From NCBI GenBank assembly GCA_964414695.1, contig CAYPXK010000070.1, positions 1 through 31,833 on the forward strand: a stretch of 31,833 bases of DNA, given 5' to 3'. Under the pieces are notes generated by a model. That model was not told the origin of the DNA and did not search any database. It was given only the letters and a program-made list of their open reading frames with translations. Source of the stretch: an uncultured Thermoproteaceae archaeon. GTDB lineage: Archaea > Thermoproteota > Thermoprotei > Thermoproteales > Thermocladiaceae. A program made the position numbers and the translations under genes. This document shows positions 1 through 8,131 of this stretch, piece by piece. Every line of letters begins with the position of its first letter. Positions within the stretch are counted from its first letter, which is position 1.

Positions 1-797
1 TTTCTCATCTTTGCTACAAACTTTAAATGCCTCTCAAGCATTGTTTTAAAATCTGTTCTTGCATCACCTAAGTAATATTCTGAAAGGAAGACGCAGGGAG
101 TCTGCTTGAAATCCCATGTTACGAACATCGTATGTAGAACAACTCTGCAGGGATTGAAATGCTTTATAGGTAAATACACTTTTTTACCACCTATCTTTTT
201 AACTTCTTCAAAAAGTCTACGTTCCTCTTCTTCTGTTATATATTCTACATCGGGATCTACACCATAGATGTTGAATACTCTATGTAGTACGATACCATCA
301 ACCCCAAGCTCAAGACCTAGCTTAACAATTTCAGGAATCTCTTCCAAATTATCACGCCAAATAGTTATATCTATGTATATTGTAATCTTAGCTTTTCTAC
401 GCTTTTTCTCTTCAATTAACTCTCTAAGATTCTCAATAACCTTAGACCTACCCTTAAGAGTATATATTCCAAATGCTATTTCATCTAGCTCACTTTCAAA
501 AATTTCATCAAGTCTCTTATCTACAAGAAGGCCGTTTGTACCTAGGCTGGCCTTTAATCCAAGAGATTTAACATATTTCACAAATTTGAATAAATCAGGA
601 TGGAGAAGAGGCTCACCCCATCCATGTAGACATATCTCCTTAAATTCGTGCAGTGGAAGTTTCTTAAATTCTTCAAATGACATATAGCCGACTGGTCTCT
701 TTAAGTGTCTTCTCATGCATATTTTACAATTGAGATTGCAATCGTTTGTCGTTTCAACTTGAAGTATTGTAGGTCTTATAAGCTTTGTAAATATCAT
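1..797 (-). CDS. radical SAM enzyme with SPASM/twitch-like C-terminal Cys region (partial; C-terminus lies beyond the left window edge; not in the supplied ORF track)
   Basis: My own minus-strand translation from the ATG at 797-795 gives MIFTKLIRPTILQVETTNDCNLNCKICMRR. This carries the CxxxCxxC radical-SAM cluster motif. It continues with GWGEPLLHP and later FNPCRVVLHTMFVTWDFKQTPCVF. The frame stays open to position 1. A TATA-like tttattaaaa sits about 25 nt upstream on the minus strand. The + ORF 268..687 is its antisense shadow. Confidence 0.8.
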   Translation of the reverse strand, partial: MIFTKLIRPTILQVETTNDCNLNCKICMRRHLKRPVGYMSFEEFKKLPLHEFKEICLHGWGEPLLHPDLFKFVKYVKSLGLKASLGTNGLLVDKRLDEIFESELDEIAFGIYTLKGRSKVIENLRELIEEKKRRKAKITIYIDITIWRDNLEEIPEIVKLGLELGVDGIVLHRVFNIYGVDPDVEYITEEEERRLFEEVKKIGGKKVYLPIKHFNPCRVVLHTMFVTWDFKQTPCVFLSEYYLGDARTDFKTMLERHLKFVAKMR

Positions 798-847
798 ATT
801 AATAGAGTTCTAATTAAGTTTTAATAAAGATGTGCATGTAAGTGTTA

Positions 848-1060
848 TTAACGTATTCTTAGTGATCTTACAAGAGTGACAAATCCTGTTACTAGCTTGG
901 GTAGCTTCACCTTAACTATGTTGATGAGCGAGTTCCTGAAGGATAGTAGCACTGCGGCTACTGTACCTACAGCTCCGAGTACTTGACTAACATACCATGC
1001 TTGAAGTAGGTTTGTCGTAAGTACAGCATGTAATGTTGTTACTGATACAGGTGCACACAT
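848..1060 (-). CDS. small single-pass membrane protein (70 aa), paralogue of 1147..1356
   Basis: N-terminus is MCAPVSVT, followed by the hydrophobic helix VSQVLGAVGTVAAVLLSF and a basic tail. It shares the MC[AT]PV[SY]VT start and the overall architecture with the divergent neighbour. Confidence 0.45.
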   Translation of the reverse strand: MCAPVSVTTLHAVLTTNLLQAWYVSQVLGAVGTVAAVLLSFRNSLINIVKVKLPKLVTGFVTLVRSLRIR

Positions 1061-1146
1061 GCTCGTGCTAATTGACGGTATCTTCCTTAATAAGCATTGT
1101 GTATTTCAGGTATATTACTTGCAAATTTAGGAAGGTAATAATTAAC

Positions 1147-1356
1147 ATGGAAAAAGTTATTAAAGATTCGTGTACACAGTTACTCACGACTATGTGTACA
1201 CCAGTGTACGTGACAGTTAAGACAGCCTCAACATTGGCACCAATGGTTAACTACATTGCCGGAATAATACTCCTAGCAATAGGGTCAGCGATAAGCTTCT
1301 TTGCAGCTGCACGTTTTAGAAGATACGTAAAGCTTAGTGCGGCCAAGAGTAGTTAA
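1147..1356 (+). CDS. small single-pass membrane protein, paralogue of 848..1060 (the start may be the ATG at 1192, giving 54 aa)
   Basis: From 1192 it reads MCTPVYVTVKTASTLAPMVNYIAGIILLAIGSAISFFAAARFRRYVKLSAAKSS. The first 8 codons match the 848..1060 protein at 6 of 8 residues, with 3 synonymous differences. It has a TM helix plus a basic tail. Confidence 0.45.
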   Translation: MEKVIKDSCTQLLTTMCTPVYVTVKTASTLAPMVNYIAGIILLAIGSAISFFAAARFRRYVKLSAAKSS

Positions 1357-1432
1357 TCATTTTAACAAGACCTGAATCTTGCTCAGGCGTAAAATAAAAC
1401 AAGCTTTTTCTCTTTAGCAACGCTTCACTAGC

Positions 1433-2254
1433 GTGTTCAGAGAGAATTTGAAATCTCTTGTAGAAGACAAAAAGTCCATACTATGTGTAAGTATAGATCC
1501 AGCACTGCCTAGGCACCGTGAGCGCTTTGTAATTCCTGAAAAATATCTAAAGAATGCAGCTTCGCTAGAGGAGGCATACTTAAACTTTATACTTGACATT
1601 ATCGATAGTGTATGCGATTATGCAGTCTTAGTAAAATTCAATATATGGTACGTTTTTCCTCTTTCGTACAAGAACCTTAAATATATTGTGCAGTACTCTC
1701 ACAGGAGAAATTTATTAACAATACTTGACTGTAAGATTAACGACATAACAGACACCGTTAACATAGGTCTTCAATGGATTAAGGATATAGAATTTGATTG
1801 CGTAACATTTAACCCACTGCCTGGTAACTTATGCAATGTTGTAGAAATATGCAAGAAATTAGGCATTGGAGTGCTTGTACTAACGTTAATGTCTAATAAG
1901 GAATCTATAATATATTTCAAGGAATCTATGCATGGAGGGAGGCCTCTCTTTACGAGAATAGCTGAGCAGGTTAAAGAATGCGATGCAGATGGTTGTGTTG
2001 TCGGAGTCACCGGTCATGTAGACGTTAATGATATAAAAACCATAAGAAAAATTGTAGGTAGTGAAAGAGTACTATTCCTTGTTGGAGTTGGTGCTCAGGG
2101 AGGTCAGTTAGATAAGGTCAGGGCTGCATTGCCCGGGGTCACTGTTGTGAACGTAGGTAGAGACATTATATATGCTGAAAATGTTCGTGATCAAGCGGAA
2201 TATTATAGAAGAGTCACATGGAACATTATCCACGAATTCTTGCAGGAACCTTAA
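1433..2254 (+). CDS. pyrF: orotidine 5'-phosphate decarboxylase
   Basis: Motifs are LDCKINDITDT (the DxKxxDI catalytic motif), LTLMSNKES, VGVGAQGG and VNVGRDIIY. They align by eye with archaeal ODCase (ADFKVADIPETN, LTEMSHPG, SPGVGAQGG, IIVGRSIY). GTG start. Confidence 0.85.
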   Translation: MFRENLKSLVEDKKSILCVSIDPALPRHRERFVIPEKYLKNAASLEEAYLNFILDIIDSVCDYAVLVKFNIWYVFPLSYKNLKYIVQYSHRRNLLTILDCKINDITDTVNIGLQWIKDIEFDCVTFNPLPGNLCNVVEICKKLGIGVLVLTLMSNKESIIYFKESMHGGRPLFTRIAEQVKECDADGCVVGVTGHVDVNDIKTIRKIVGSERVLFLVGVGAQGGQLDKVRAALPGVTVVNVGRDIIYAENVRDQAEYYRRVTWNIIHEFLQEP

Positions 2255-3410
2255 CTTTCCAGTGTCTGATAAGTAGTCTCCTAAGTTTTTCTAAACTTTC
2301 GTTTGTTAGATCCTTAACAGCTTGTGTACTCTCCTTGCGTATAGGATCGTAGTAGGGTTTCTCTGCGCCAAGTAGGCCAGCTATAAGATTTGGAAATGGT
2401 TTTTGAATAGATTCTTTCGTAGATACACACTCAATTAAGATTATGACACTTTTTAGGTACATTGCCTGCGTAAGGAACATTATCAATTGGCCTATATCAT
2501 AAAATGCATCGCAGGATAAAACAAATTCTCCTATCACATCTTCCCTATACATGTCTAATCCCAGTAGGAAAATAATGTTTTCAGGCTCGTATACTCGAAC
2601 AATTCTAAATGCATAGTCAACAACCTTTAGATAAACATCATCTCTTACTCCAGGTGGGACCGTTACAGGCAGGAAGAGCCACTTCTTCTTTTTAGCTTTC
2701 CTGAATATCTTAGAGTCAACCTCACCCATGCTGCACACGGCAAGGTAGAAGATCTTCGTCCTAGACTCGGCCGCCTCTTCCGCTCCTTCCTCACCTTCTT
2801 CAATTTCTTCCTGTTCTTCTTCCTGAACTATAGGCTCTTCAAAATACTCTTCACTGAGCCCCTCTGCCCCTTCTCCCTCTTCCTCATATTCAAGTATGTC
2901 CTGAATTCCATATCCATAATGAACGTCCAGCGACACAATCGCAGTCTTACCTCCAAGCCTCTTCGCTAGGTATGTACAGAACGAGAATATACTACACTTT
3001 CTAACATATGTCTTCCCAGCCCATAAGTCAGGTGGTATACAGGGTGTTACTGGTATGTAACCTTCTCTGACTGCTCGAATAATCTCATCTGCCAATGTCA
3101 GAAACATGTGCATTAATGGTTTAAAGTGAGGTTGAGATCTTAATGATAGATATAGCTGTTCACTATGTACCTTAGTATACTCTTCTCTAATGAACTTATC
3201 AATATTTTCCACCTGTTTCAACTGTGTAATTTCTCTTATTTCAAGTCTACCCTCTCTGAAGTACTTATCAAAACTTCTCGTATTTCTTAACGATTCTACG
3301 TAAGTACTTATCTTTGGCCTATACTTCACTATGTATGGATAATCTATATTATCATAGAGAGGAATTTCTAAAAAACATACTTTATCAAATATGCTCATAT
3401 GCTCACTCAT
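2226..3410 (-). CDS. histone deacetylase/acetoin-utilisation (arginase-deacetylase fold) family protein, predicted catalytically degenerate, with an acidic insertion
   Basis: SLDVHYGYGIQDIL aligns to the HDAC DxDxHHGDGxQ block. LFLPVTVPPGVRDDVY aligns to NxPLPxGxxD. LLGLDMYREDVIGEFVLS aligns to GxDxxxxDPLGxxxLT. The catalytic His-His and Tyr positions are substituted. Residues 174-216 are almost pure Glu/Gly/Ala. Confidence 0.7.
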   Translation of the reverse strand: MSEHMSIFDKVCFLEIPLYDNIDYPYIVKYRPKISTYVESLRNTRSFDKYFREGRLEIREITQLKQVENIDKFIREEYTKVHSEQLYLSLRSQPHFKPLMHMFLTLADEIIRAVREGYIPVTPCIPPDLWAGKTYVRKCSIFSFCTYLAKRLGGKTAIVSLDVHYGYGIQDILEYEEEGEGAEGLSEEYFEEPIVQEEEQEEIEEGEEGAEEAAESRTKIFYLAVCSMGEVDSKIFRKAKKKKWLFLPVTVPPGVRDDVYLKVVDYAFRIVRVYEPENIIFLLGLDMYREDVIGEFVLSCDAFYDIGQLIMFLTQAMYLKSVIILIECVSTKESIQKPFPNLIAGLLGAEKPYYDPIRKESTQAVKDLTNESLEKLRRLLIRHWKVKVPARIRG

Positions 3411-3473
3411 ACCCTCGAGATCAGGTATACTTAAATCCTTGATCTAGTTCTAAGCTATATTCAACGTGTGGTG

Positions 3474-5777
3474 CTACATTAAGAAATCTAGAATTGACCG
3501 TTGCCTTGTGACTTGGGTACTAACTTTAGGAGGCTGTCTCTTACTTTCTTGATCTATGTCAGTCTTTGTGACTTTTACATAGTTTCCTGATCGTAGCTTC
3601 TCTTTTGCTGACTCTATGATCAGTTTTGCAAGTTTCTCACCTATTCCACGTACCTTAGAGGCAAGAAGCTGCGGTGTGGCTGATGCAAGATCTTCAATCG
3701 TCCTGAAGCCTGCATCATAGAGCGCACGTGCACGCGCTCTTCCTACTCCCTCAATTTGAACTAGCTCAACTAGCTCAGTTTTGACTCCATACCTTATGCG
3801 CCATTTAAGTATCTCAAGCATCCTAGCATGCTCATGCATCTCTAATGCATGAGCAAGCTGTGCAAGGGCATGACATAGCCACTCTAGGGTCTCTGCATAC
3901 ATCCTGATGTCTCCGGGACCCACCTCGTATTTCATGACCAGAATGTCTTCAGGACTCTCATTAATCCAGTCGTATAGCATGCATGCGGTCTTAATCTCCT
4001 CAAGTAAACTGACAAGCTCTCCTTCACTTAACTCCTCTAACTCCTCTACACTGTCAACAGGTTTTAACAGAAGTTCATTATATATACTCTTCAATATGTT
4101 AATATATCTCTCAACTTCGTTACGTCTGATGTGAAGCTTAGGTACCTCACTAGACTTCACAAGAAGACATAGGTAAGCCATGTCACTCGCAGATTCACGT
4201 GCGCGTAATCCTCTGATGTATATACTTGCAGTCAGAGGATCAATGTAGTTTAAATTAACTATGGTTCCAAGTCTTGTAGGCTTTATAGTTCCATTATCAT
4301 TAACAGACACGAAGCCACTCTCCTCTAGGAACTTCACAATCTGCACAATTTTATCCCTGAGAAGCTTTGTATAAAGTGGAAGCATTGGACGCTGCTTAAC
4401 CGCAAGTGTATGTTGAATAAATTTGCATAAATCATCTATACTATTCGCATAACTGCTTGCAACAGCTGCAAGAATGTGTGTATAGAGATTCTTATCATGT
4501 AAAAACTTTGAGACCACTGGCTCGGGACTTGAGCGAATGTAGTAGTCTAACAAATAGTTAACCTCGGTCTCCCTTCGTGCAATGAGCACAGCCTCACCAT
4601 AAGGATCCAGGCGCGGTCTTCCTGCACGTCCAGCCATCTGCTTATACTCAGCTACAGGAATGGGCTCATATCCGACACCTGGCTCGTATCTACGATATTC
4701 GTGAATTATGACTCTTCGTGCAGGAAGGTTTACACCAGCTGCAAGGGTCGTGGTCGCAACTACGACCTTTATTTTCCTTGTTCGGTAAGCATCTTCAAGA
4801 ATTCTCCTGACCTCATGCTCAAGACCCGCATGATGAAATGCAACACCATAACGTACGACCCTTCTGAGCTCCTCAGCTATTAGCTTAGACGATGAGACTT
4901 CCTCAATTTTTGAACATATTCTCTGAAGCTCGTTAGAGTCTACAAGCTTCTTACTGTAATTTGCTATGAACTGAGCAATCGAGTTTGCAAGTTTTACAGT
5001 GTTTGTTCTAGAGTTTGTAAATATCAAAACTTGTCCATCCTCCTCGAGACAATCTATGACAAGGTCTATGACTGGGTCTTTTAACTTCTTTATGTGTCTC
5101 TCCTCGCCATCAGCGAATATTATTTTACCGTCAAAATATACTCCCTCTCTAAGTTTTACAGGTCTCCAATCTGACTTAACTAACTTTGCATTAAGCCACT
5201 CTGCAATCTCCTCTGCATTTTCTATAGTTGCGCTTAGTGCAACTATCTGCATATTTAGCTTAAGCATCCTTAACTTCGCAATTATTGACTCTATTATTGG
5301 TCCCCTCTTCTCATCTGATATATAGTGTATCTCGTCTATTATTAATGTCGATATCTTATTCAACCACTTTACCCTATGTCGAAGTAAACTATCGAATTTT
5401 TCATATGTTGCAACGATAATGTCATATTGCTCAAGCCACATGTCCTGAGAATCGTACTCTCCTGTTGTTACAGCTACCTTTACTCCAAGTTCTTCGTAAA
5501 TTTTCAAGTCCTGACTTTTCTCGTAGGCAAGTGCCTTGAGTGGTACTAAGAGCACTGCCTTTCCTCTCTTCTTAAGTACAGAGTTGACAAGCGTAAGCTC
5601 GGCCAGGAACGTCTTTCCAGTAGCAGTGGATGTTGCAAGTACGAGGTTCTGACCTTCAAGAAGACCTGCCCTTATGGCCTCTTCCTGAGGTGGATACAGC
5701 TCTCTTATGCCCTTCTTCTCAATTATTATCCTTTTCAATCTCTCATCGATTGGCAGATCGTCTACACGCAGAGGCAA
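3474..5777 (-). CDS. hel308: Hel308/Hjm (Ski2-like) superfamily-2 DNA helicase with a C-terminal PIP box
   Basis: Walker A is ATSTATGKT and the DEIH box is IIDEIHYI. AGRAGRP is present, as is a C-terminal helix-hairpin-helix IEGVGRARARALYDAGF. The protein ends in QRSILDFLM. TTG start. Confidence 0.9.
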   Translation of the reverse strand: MPLRVDDLPIDERLKRIIIEKKGIRELYPPQEEAIRAGLLEGQNLVLATSTATGKTFLAELTLVNSVLKKRGKAVLLVPLKALAYEKSQDLKIYEELGVKVAVTTGEYDSQDMWLEQYDIIVATYEKFDSLLRHRVKWLNKISTLIIDEIHYISDEKRGPIIESIIAKLRMLKLNMQIVALSATIENAEEIAEWLNAKLVKSDWRPVKLREGVYFDGKIIFADGEERHIKKLKDPVIDLVIDCLEEDGQVLIFTNSRTNTVKLANSIAQFIANYSKKLVDSNELQRICSKIEEVSSSKLIAEELRRVVRYGVAFHHAGLEHEVRRILEDAYRTRKIKVVVATTTLAAGVNLPARRVIIHEYRRYEPGVGYEPIPVAEYKQMAGRAGRPRLDPYGEAVLIARRETEVNYLLDYYIRSSPEPVVSKFLHDKNLYTHILAAVASSYANSIDDLCKFIQHTLAVKQRPMLPLYTKLLRDKIVQIVKFLEESGFVSVNDNGTIKPTRLGTIVNLNYIDPLTASIYIRGLRARESASDMAYLCLLVKSSEVPKLHIRRNEVERYINILKSIYNELLLKPVDSVEELEELSEGELVSLLEEIKTACMLYDWINESPEDILVMKYEVGPGDIRMYAETLEWLCHALAQLAHALEMHEHARMLEILKWRIRYGVKTELVELVQIEGVGRARARALYDAGFRTIEDLASATPQLLASKVRGIGEKLAKLIIESAKEKLRSGNYVKVTKTDIDQESKRQPPKVSTQVTRQRSILDFLM

Positions 5778-5963
5778 CCTCGATCGTTCTCAGCTAACCT
5801 AAGAGAAATATAAGGTAATCACTGTCCTATAACCGAAACACGTATTTCTAACTCGTTTACATTCAAGTGCGTTACACATGAGTCACATGCGGTATACATG
5901 AAGTCTAGTCAGCCGTTCATGTTACTAATTCAAAATGTTTCCTAGAGGTATCAAAGGTAATCG

Positions 5964-5971
5964 GATATAAG
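5964..5971 (+). promoter_or_regulatory. TATA box for the glycosyltransferase gene
   Basis: gatataag is centred about 34 nt upstream of the ATG at 6001. This is the same spacing seen at several other genes in the window. Confidence 0.4.
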
Positions 5972-6000
5972 GGGTCTCTCAATCTTGAGACCATAAGTTT

Positions 6001-7281
6001 ATGCGTCTCTCGATCGGGGTCATAATGTACCAGACAAGCAACTCGAAAGGCCAGGAGCTGGCTGCTCAGCGGATGGTCAAGTGGTTCAGAAAGCTTGGTC
6101 ATGATGCTTATCTCATTACGAGCGTGTACCACGACAATCAGGAAATTCTGAGTGAAAAGGATTTTGATGGCAGGCCCTACGTCTTCTTTGAGAAAGATCC
6201 TTACATTGGTCTTCCTACAATTCGTGTTCCCTCATATACGGCAACGTGGCCTCCTAGACGAATAATGTTCAGAGACTTTATAGCAACACTAAGAAAGATA
6301 GTCTCTGACTTTGGCTTAAACATACTGATAACACACTCAACGCTGTGGAACGGTCCTGAAGATGTCTCGAAGTTCGTCCTATGGATCAGGACTGGTGCAA
6401 TACTTGGAGCGGACTGTCAGGACATCGTCTACTGTCACATGAGTCACTATCAGCCACCTGACCCTCTCCACTATGAGCCTGTTGAGCGTGCATACAGAAT
6501 ATCTTGGAATAAGCTGTTTTTCCCACTCATATTCTCTGTGGCTGACCTCGTTCTCTGTGTAACACCCATCGAGGCCATGGACATGATAATGATGGGTGCA
6601 AAGCCTGAGCAGATCTTCGTCTATCCCTGTGGAATAGATGATGATGAATTTGCAGACTTTGAGAAGATAGACTCCAGCGACTTCAGGAAGAGATTCAACA
6701 TTCCTGAAGACGTCAAGATAGTTGCCTACCTGGGAACTATTGAGAAGAGGAAGAACCCACTCGCAGTCGCAAAAATTGCAAGAAAATTAAGACATAGGAA
6801 GGATGTACACTTTGTAATTGCTGGAAGACCTGGAGATCAGTGGCAGGAAGTTCTTGAAGAGGTTAAGGACCTGCCAAACGTGACTTTGACAGGTGAGTTA
6901 TCTCACATAGATAAGATCAAACTCATCAAAGAGAGCTACCTGAACATAATAATGAGCAGAATGGAAGCGCTCGGACTTACACAGATAGAGTTCATGTACG
7001 GTGGTGTACCTGTAATAACGTCAGGAGTGTATGGACAGAGATGGGTCGTTAGACATGGAGTAGATGGATTCCACGTGAACGGTCCAGAAGATATTGACAC
7101 AGCAGCAAAGTACATAGAGTATCTACTTGACCATCCTGAAGAGAGGGAGCGACTTAGCAGGAATGCACGTGAAAGAGCTAGAGAGTTCCTGCTGAGCAGA
7201 ACGACTAGACAGCTAGCAGACAAGCTTCAGGAGGTGTACGAGTCTCGTCGTAGAATACTACAGTGTCTAGAAATTCAATAA
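6001..7281 (+). CDS. GT-B fold glycosyltransferase (GT4-like)
   Basis: The N-terminus MRLSIGVIMYQTSNSKGQELAAQRMVKWFRKLGHDAYLIT is typical of GT4 enzymes. The C-terminal donor-binding block is EALGLTQIEFMYGGVPVITSGVYGQRWVVRHGVDGFHV. Confidence 0.8.
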   Translation: MRLSIGVIMYQTSNSKGQELAAQRMVKWFRKLGHDAYLITSVYHDNQEILSEKDFDGRPYVFFEKDPYIGLPTIRVPSYTATWPPRRIMFRDFIATLRKIVSDFGLNILITHSTLWNGPEDVSKFVLWIRTGAILGADCQDIVYCHMSHYQPPDPLHYEPVERAYRISWNKLFFPLIFSVADLVLCVTPIEAMDMIMMGAKPEQIFVYPCGIDDDEFADFEKIDSSDFRKRFNIPEDVKIVAYLGTIEKRKNPLAVAKIARKLRHRKDVHFVIAGRPGDQWQEVLEEVKDLPNVTLTGELSHIDKIKLIKESYLNIIMSRMEALGLTQIEFMYGGVPVITSGVYGQRWVVRHGVDGFHVNGPEDIDTAAKYIEYLLDHPEERERLSRNARERAREFLLSRTTRQLADKLQEVYESRRRILQCLEIQ

Positions 7282-7300
7282 ACACATTTAATAACAAGGT

Positions 7301-8053
7301 ATGAAATTTTTACTACTAGGTACAGGAGGCTGGATATCTCCTCCAAGTCTCGATTTTGTTTCAATACTTGTGAAGACTAGAAGTCACACAATTCTAATAG
7401 ATCCAAGTGAGGGATGTGTTAGAAGATTGCAGAGAATAGGCATAAATTTAGAAGATATAGATCTCGTACTTGTAACACATTCCCATGGGGATCATGCACT
7501 AGGATTTCCAACACTTGTCATATGGTTGAGTCATCTCAAAGTCAATAGAAAGATACGTGTTATAGCATTAGAATCAGTTATTCAAGACCTCAAGCTTCTA
7601 ATCAAAGCTACAAGAATCGAAAAGCATGCGAACAATGTAGTAGAGTACATTCCTATAAAGGAAGAGCAAGTTAAGGAACCTTCAACAGTGTTTCAGGACG
7701 ATGATGTGGAGATACGTGCCGTACTGACTAAACACACAGTCGAGTGCTTAGCATTTAGAGTAACCGAGCGTGCTAGTGGCAAATGCCTCGTATATAGTGG
7801 AGACACAGCTCCCTGTGAAAACATTATCAAAATATCATTAGACGCCGATGTGCTGATTCACGAGACGAGCTGTCTCAGTGAAGAGGCTAGAGATTACGGT
7901 CACAGCTGCGTAAAAGATGCTATCGAGATAGCTAAGAGAGCTAAAGCTAAGCTACTTGTTCCCACACACTTCTACGCTACAGGTGACATAGTAGTTGAGA
8001 AGACCGAAGTTCCTGTACTTGTGCCAATTGTGAACCACTGGTACGAGGTTTAA
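7301..8053 (+). CDS. metallo-beta-lactamase fold hydrolase, RNase Z-like (short form)
   Basis: MKFLLLGTGG is followed by LIDPSEG and the VTHSHGDHALG (HxHxDH) motif. Later metal-ligand candidates are TKH, YSGDT and LIHET. At 250 aa it is shorter than typical RNase Z, so the exact activity is uncertain. Confidence 0.65.
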   Translation: MKFLLLGTGGWISPPSLDFVSILVKTRSHTILIDPSEGCVRRLQRIGINLEDIDLVLVTHSHGDHALGFPTLVIWLSHLKVNRKIRVIALESVIQDLKLLIKATRIEKHANNVVEYIPIKEEQVKEPSTVFQDDDVEIRAVLTKHTVECLAFRVTERASGKCLVYSGDTAPCENIIKISLDADVLIHETSCLSEEARDYGHSCVKDAIEIAKRAKAKLLVPTHFYATGDIVVEKTEVPVLVPIVNHWYEV

Positions 8054-8131
8054 CCTCAGTCTCTATCCAGTAACCTAATCTGAACAAGGACTATATTTAT
8101 CCGGTCTTTCAAGAACTTACCCGTTGAGTGG

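Noticed and set aside
268-687. 139-aa plus-strand ORF from the supplied track
   Set aside because: It lies antisense to a much better minus-strand frame that encodes a radical-SAM protein with CxxxCxxC and runs 797 to 1. Its product is low-complexity and Ser/Leu-rich, typical of a shadow ORF.
848-1060. The 70-aa ORF as a RiPP precursor peptide for the downstream radical-SAM/SPASM-type enzyme
   Set aside because: It was considered because of adjacency and the conserved Cys. However, the protein has a clear TM helix and basic tail, like a small membrane protein. The radical-SAM gene also has its own TATA-like box in the 50-nt gap. The idea is kept only as a minor alternative within the paired mini-protein finding.
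5917-6132. 71-aa minus-strand ORF overlapping the start of the glycosyltransferase gene
   Set aside because: It overlaps a well-supported GT4 N-terminus on the other strand and has no motif or promoter of its own.
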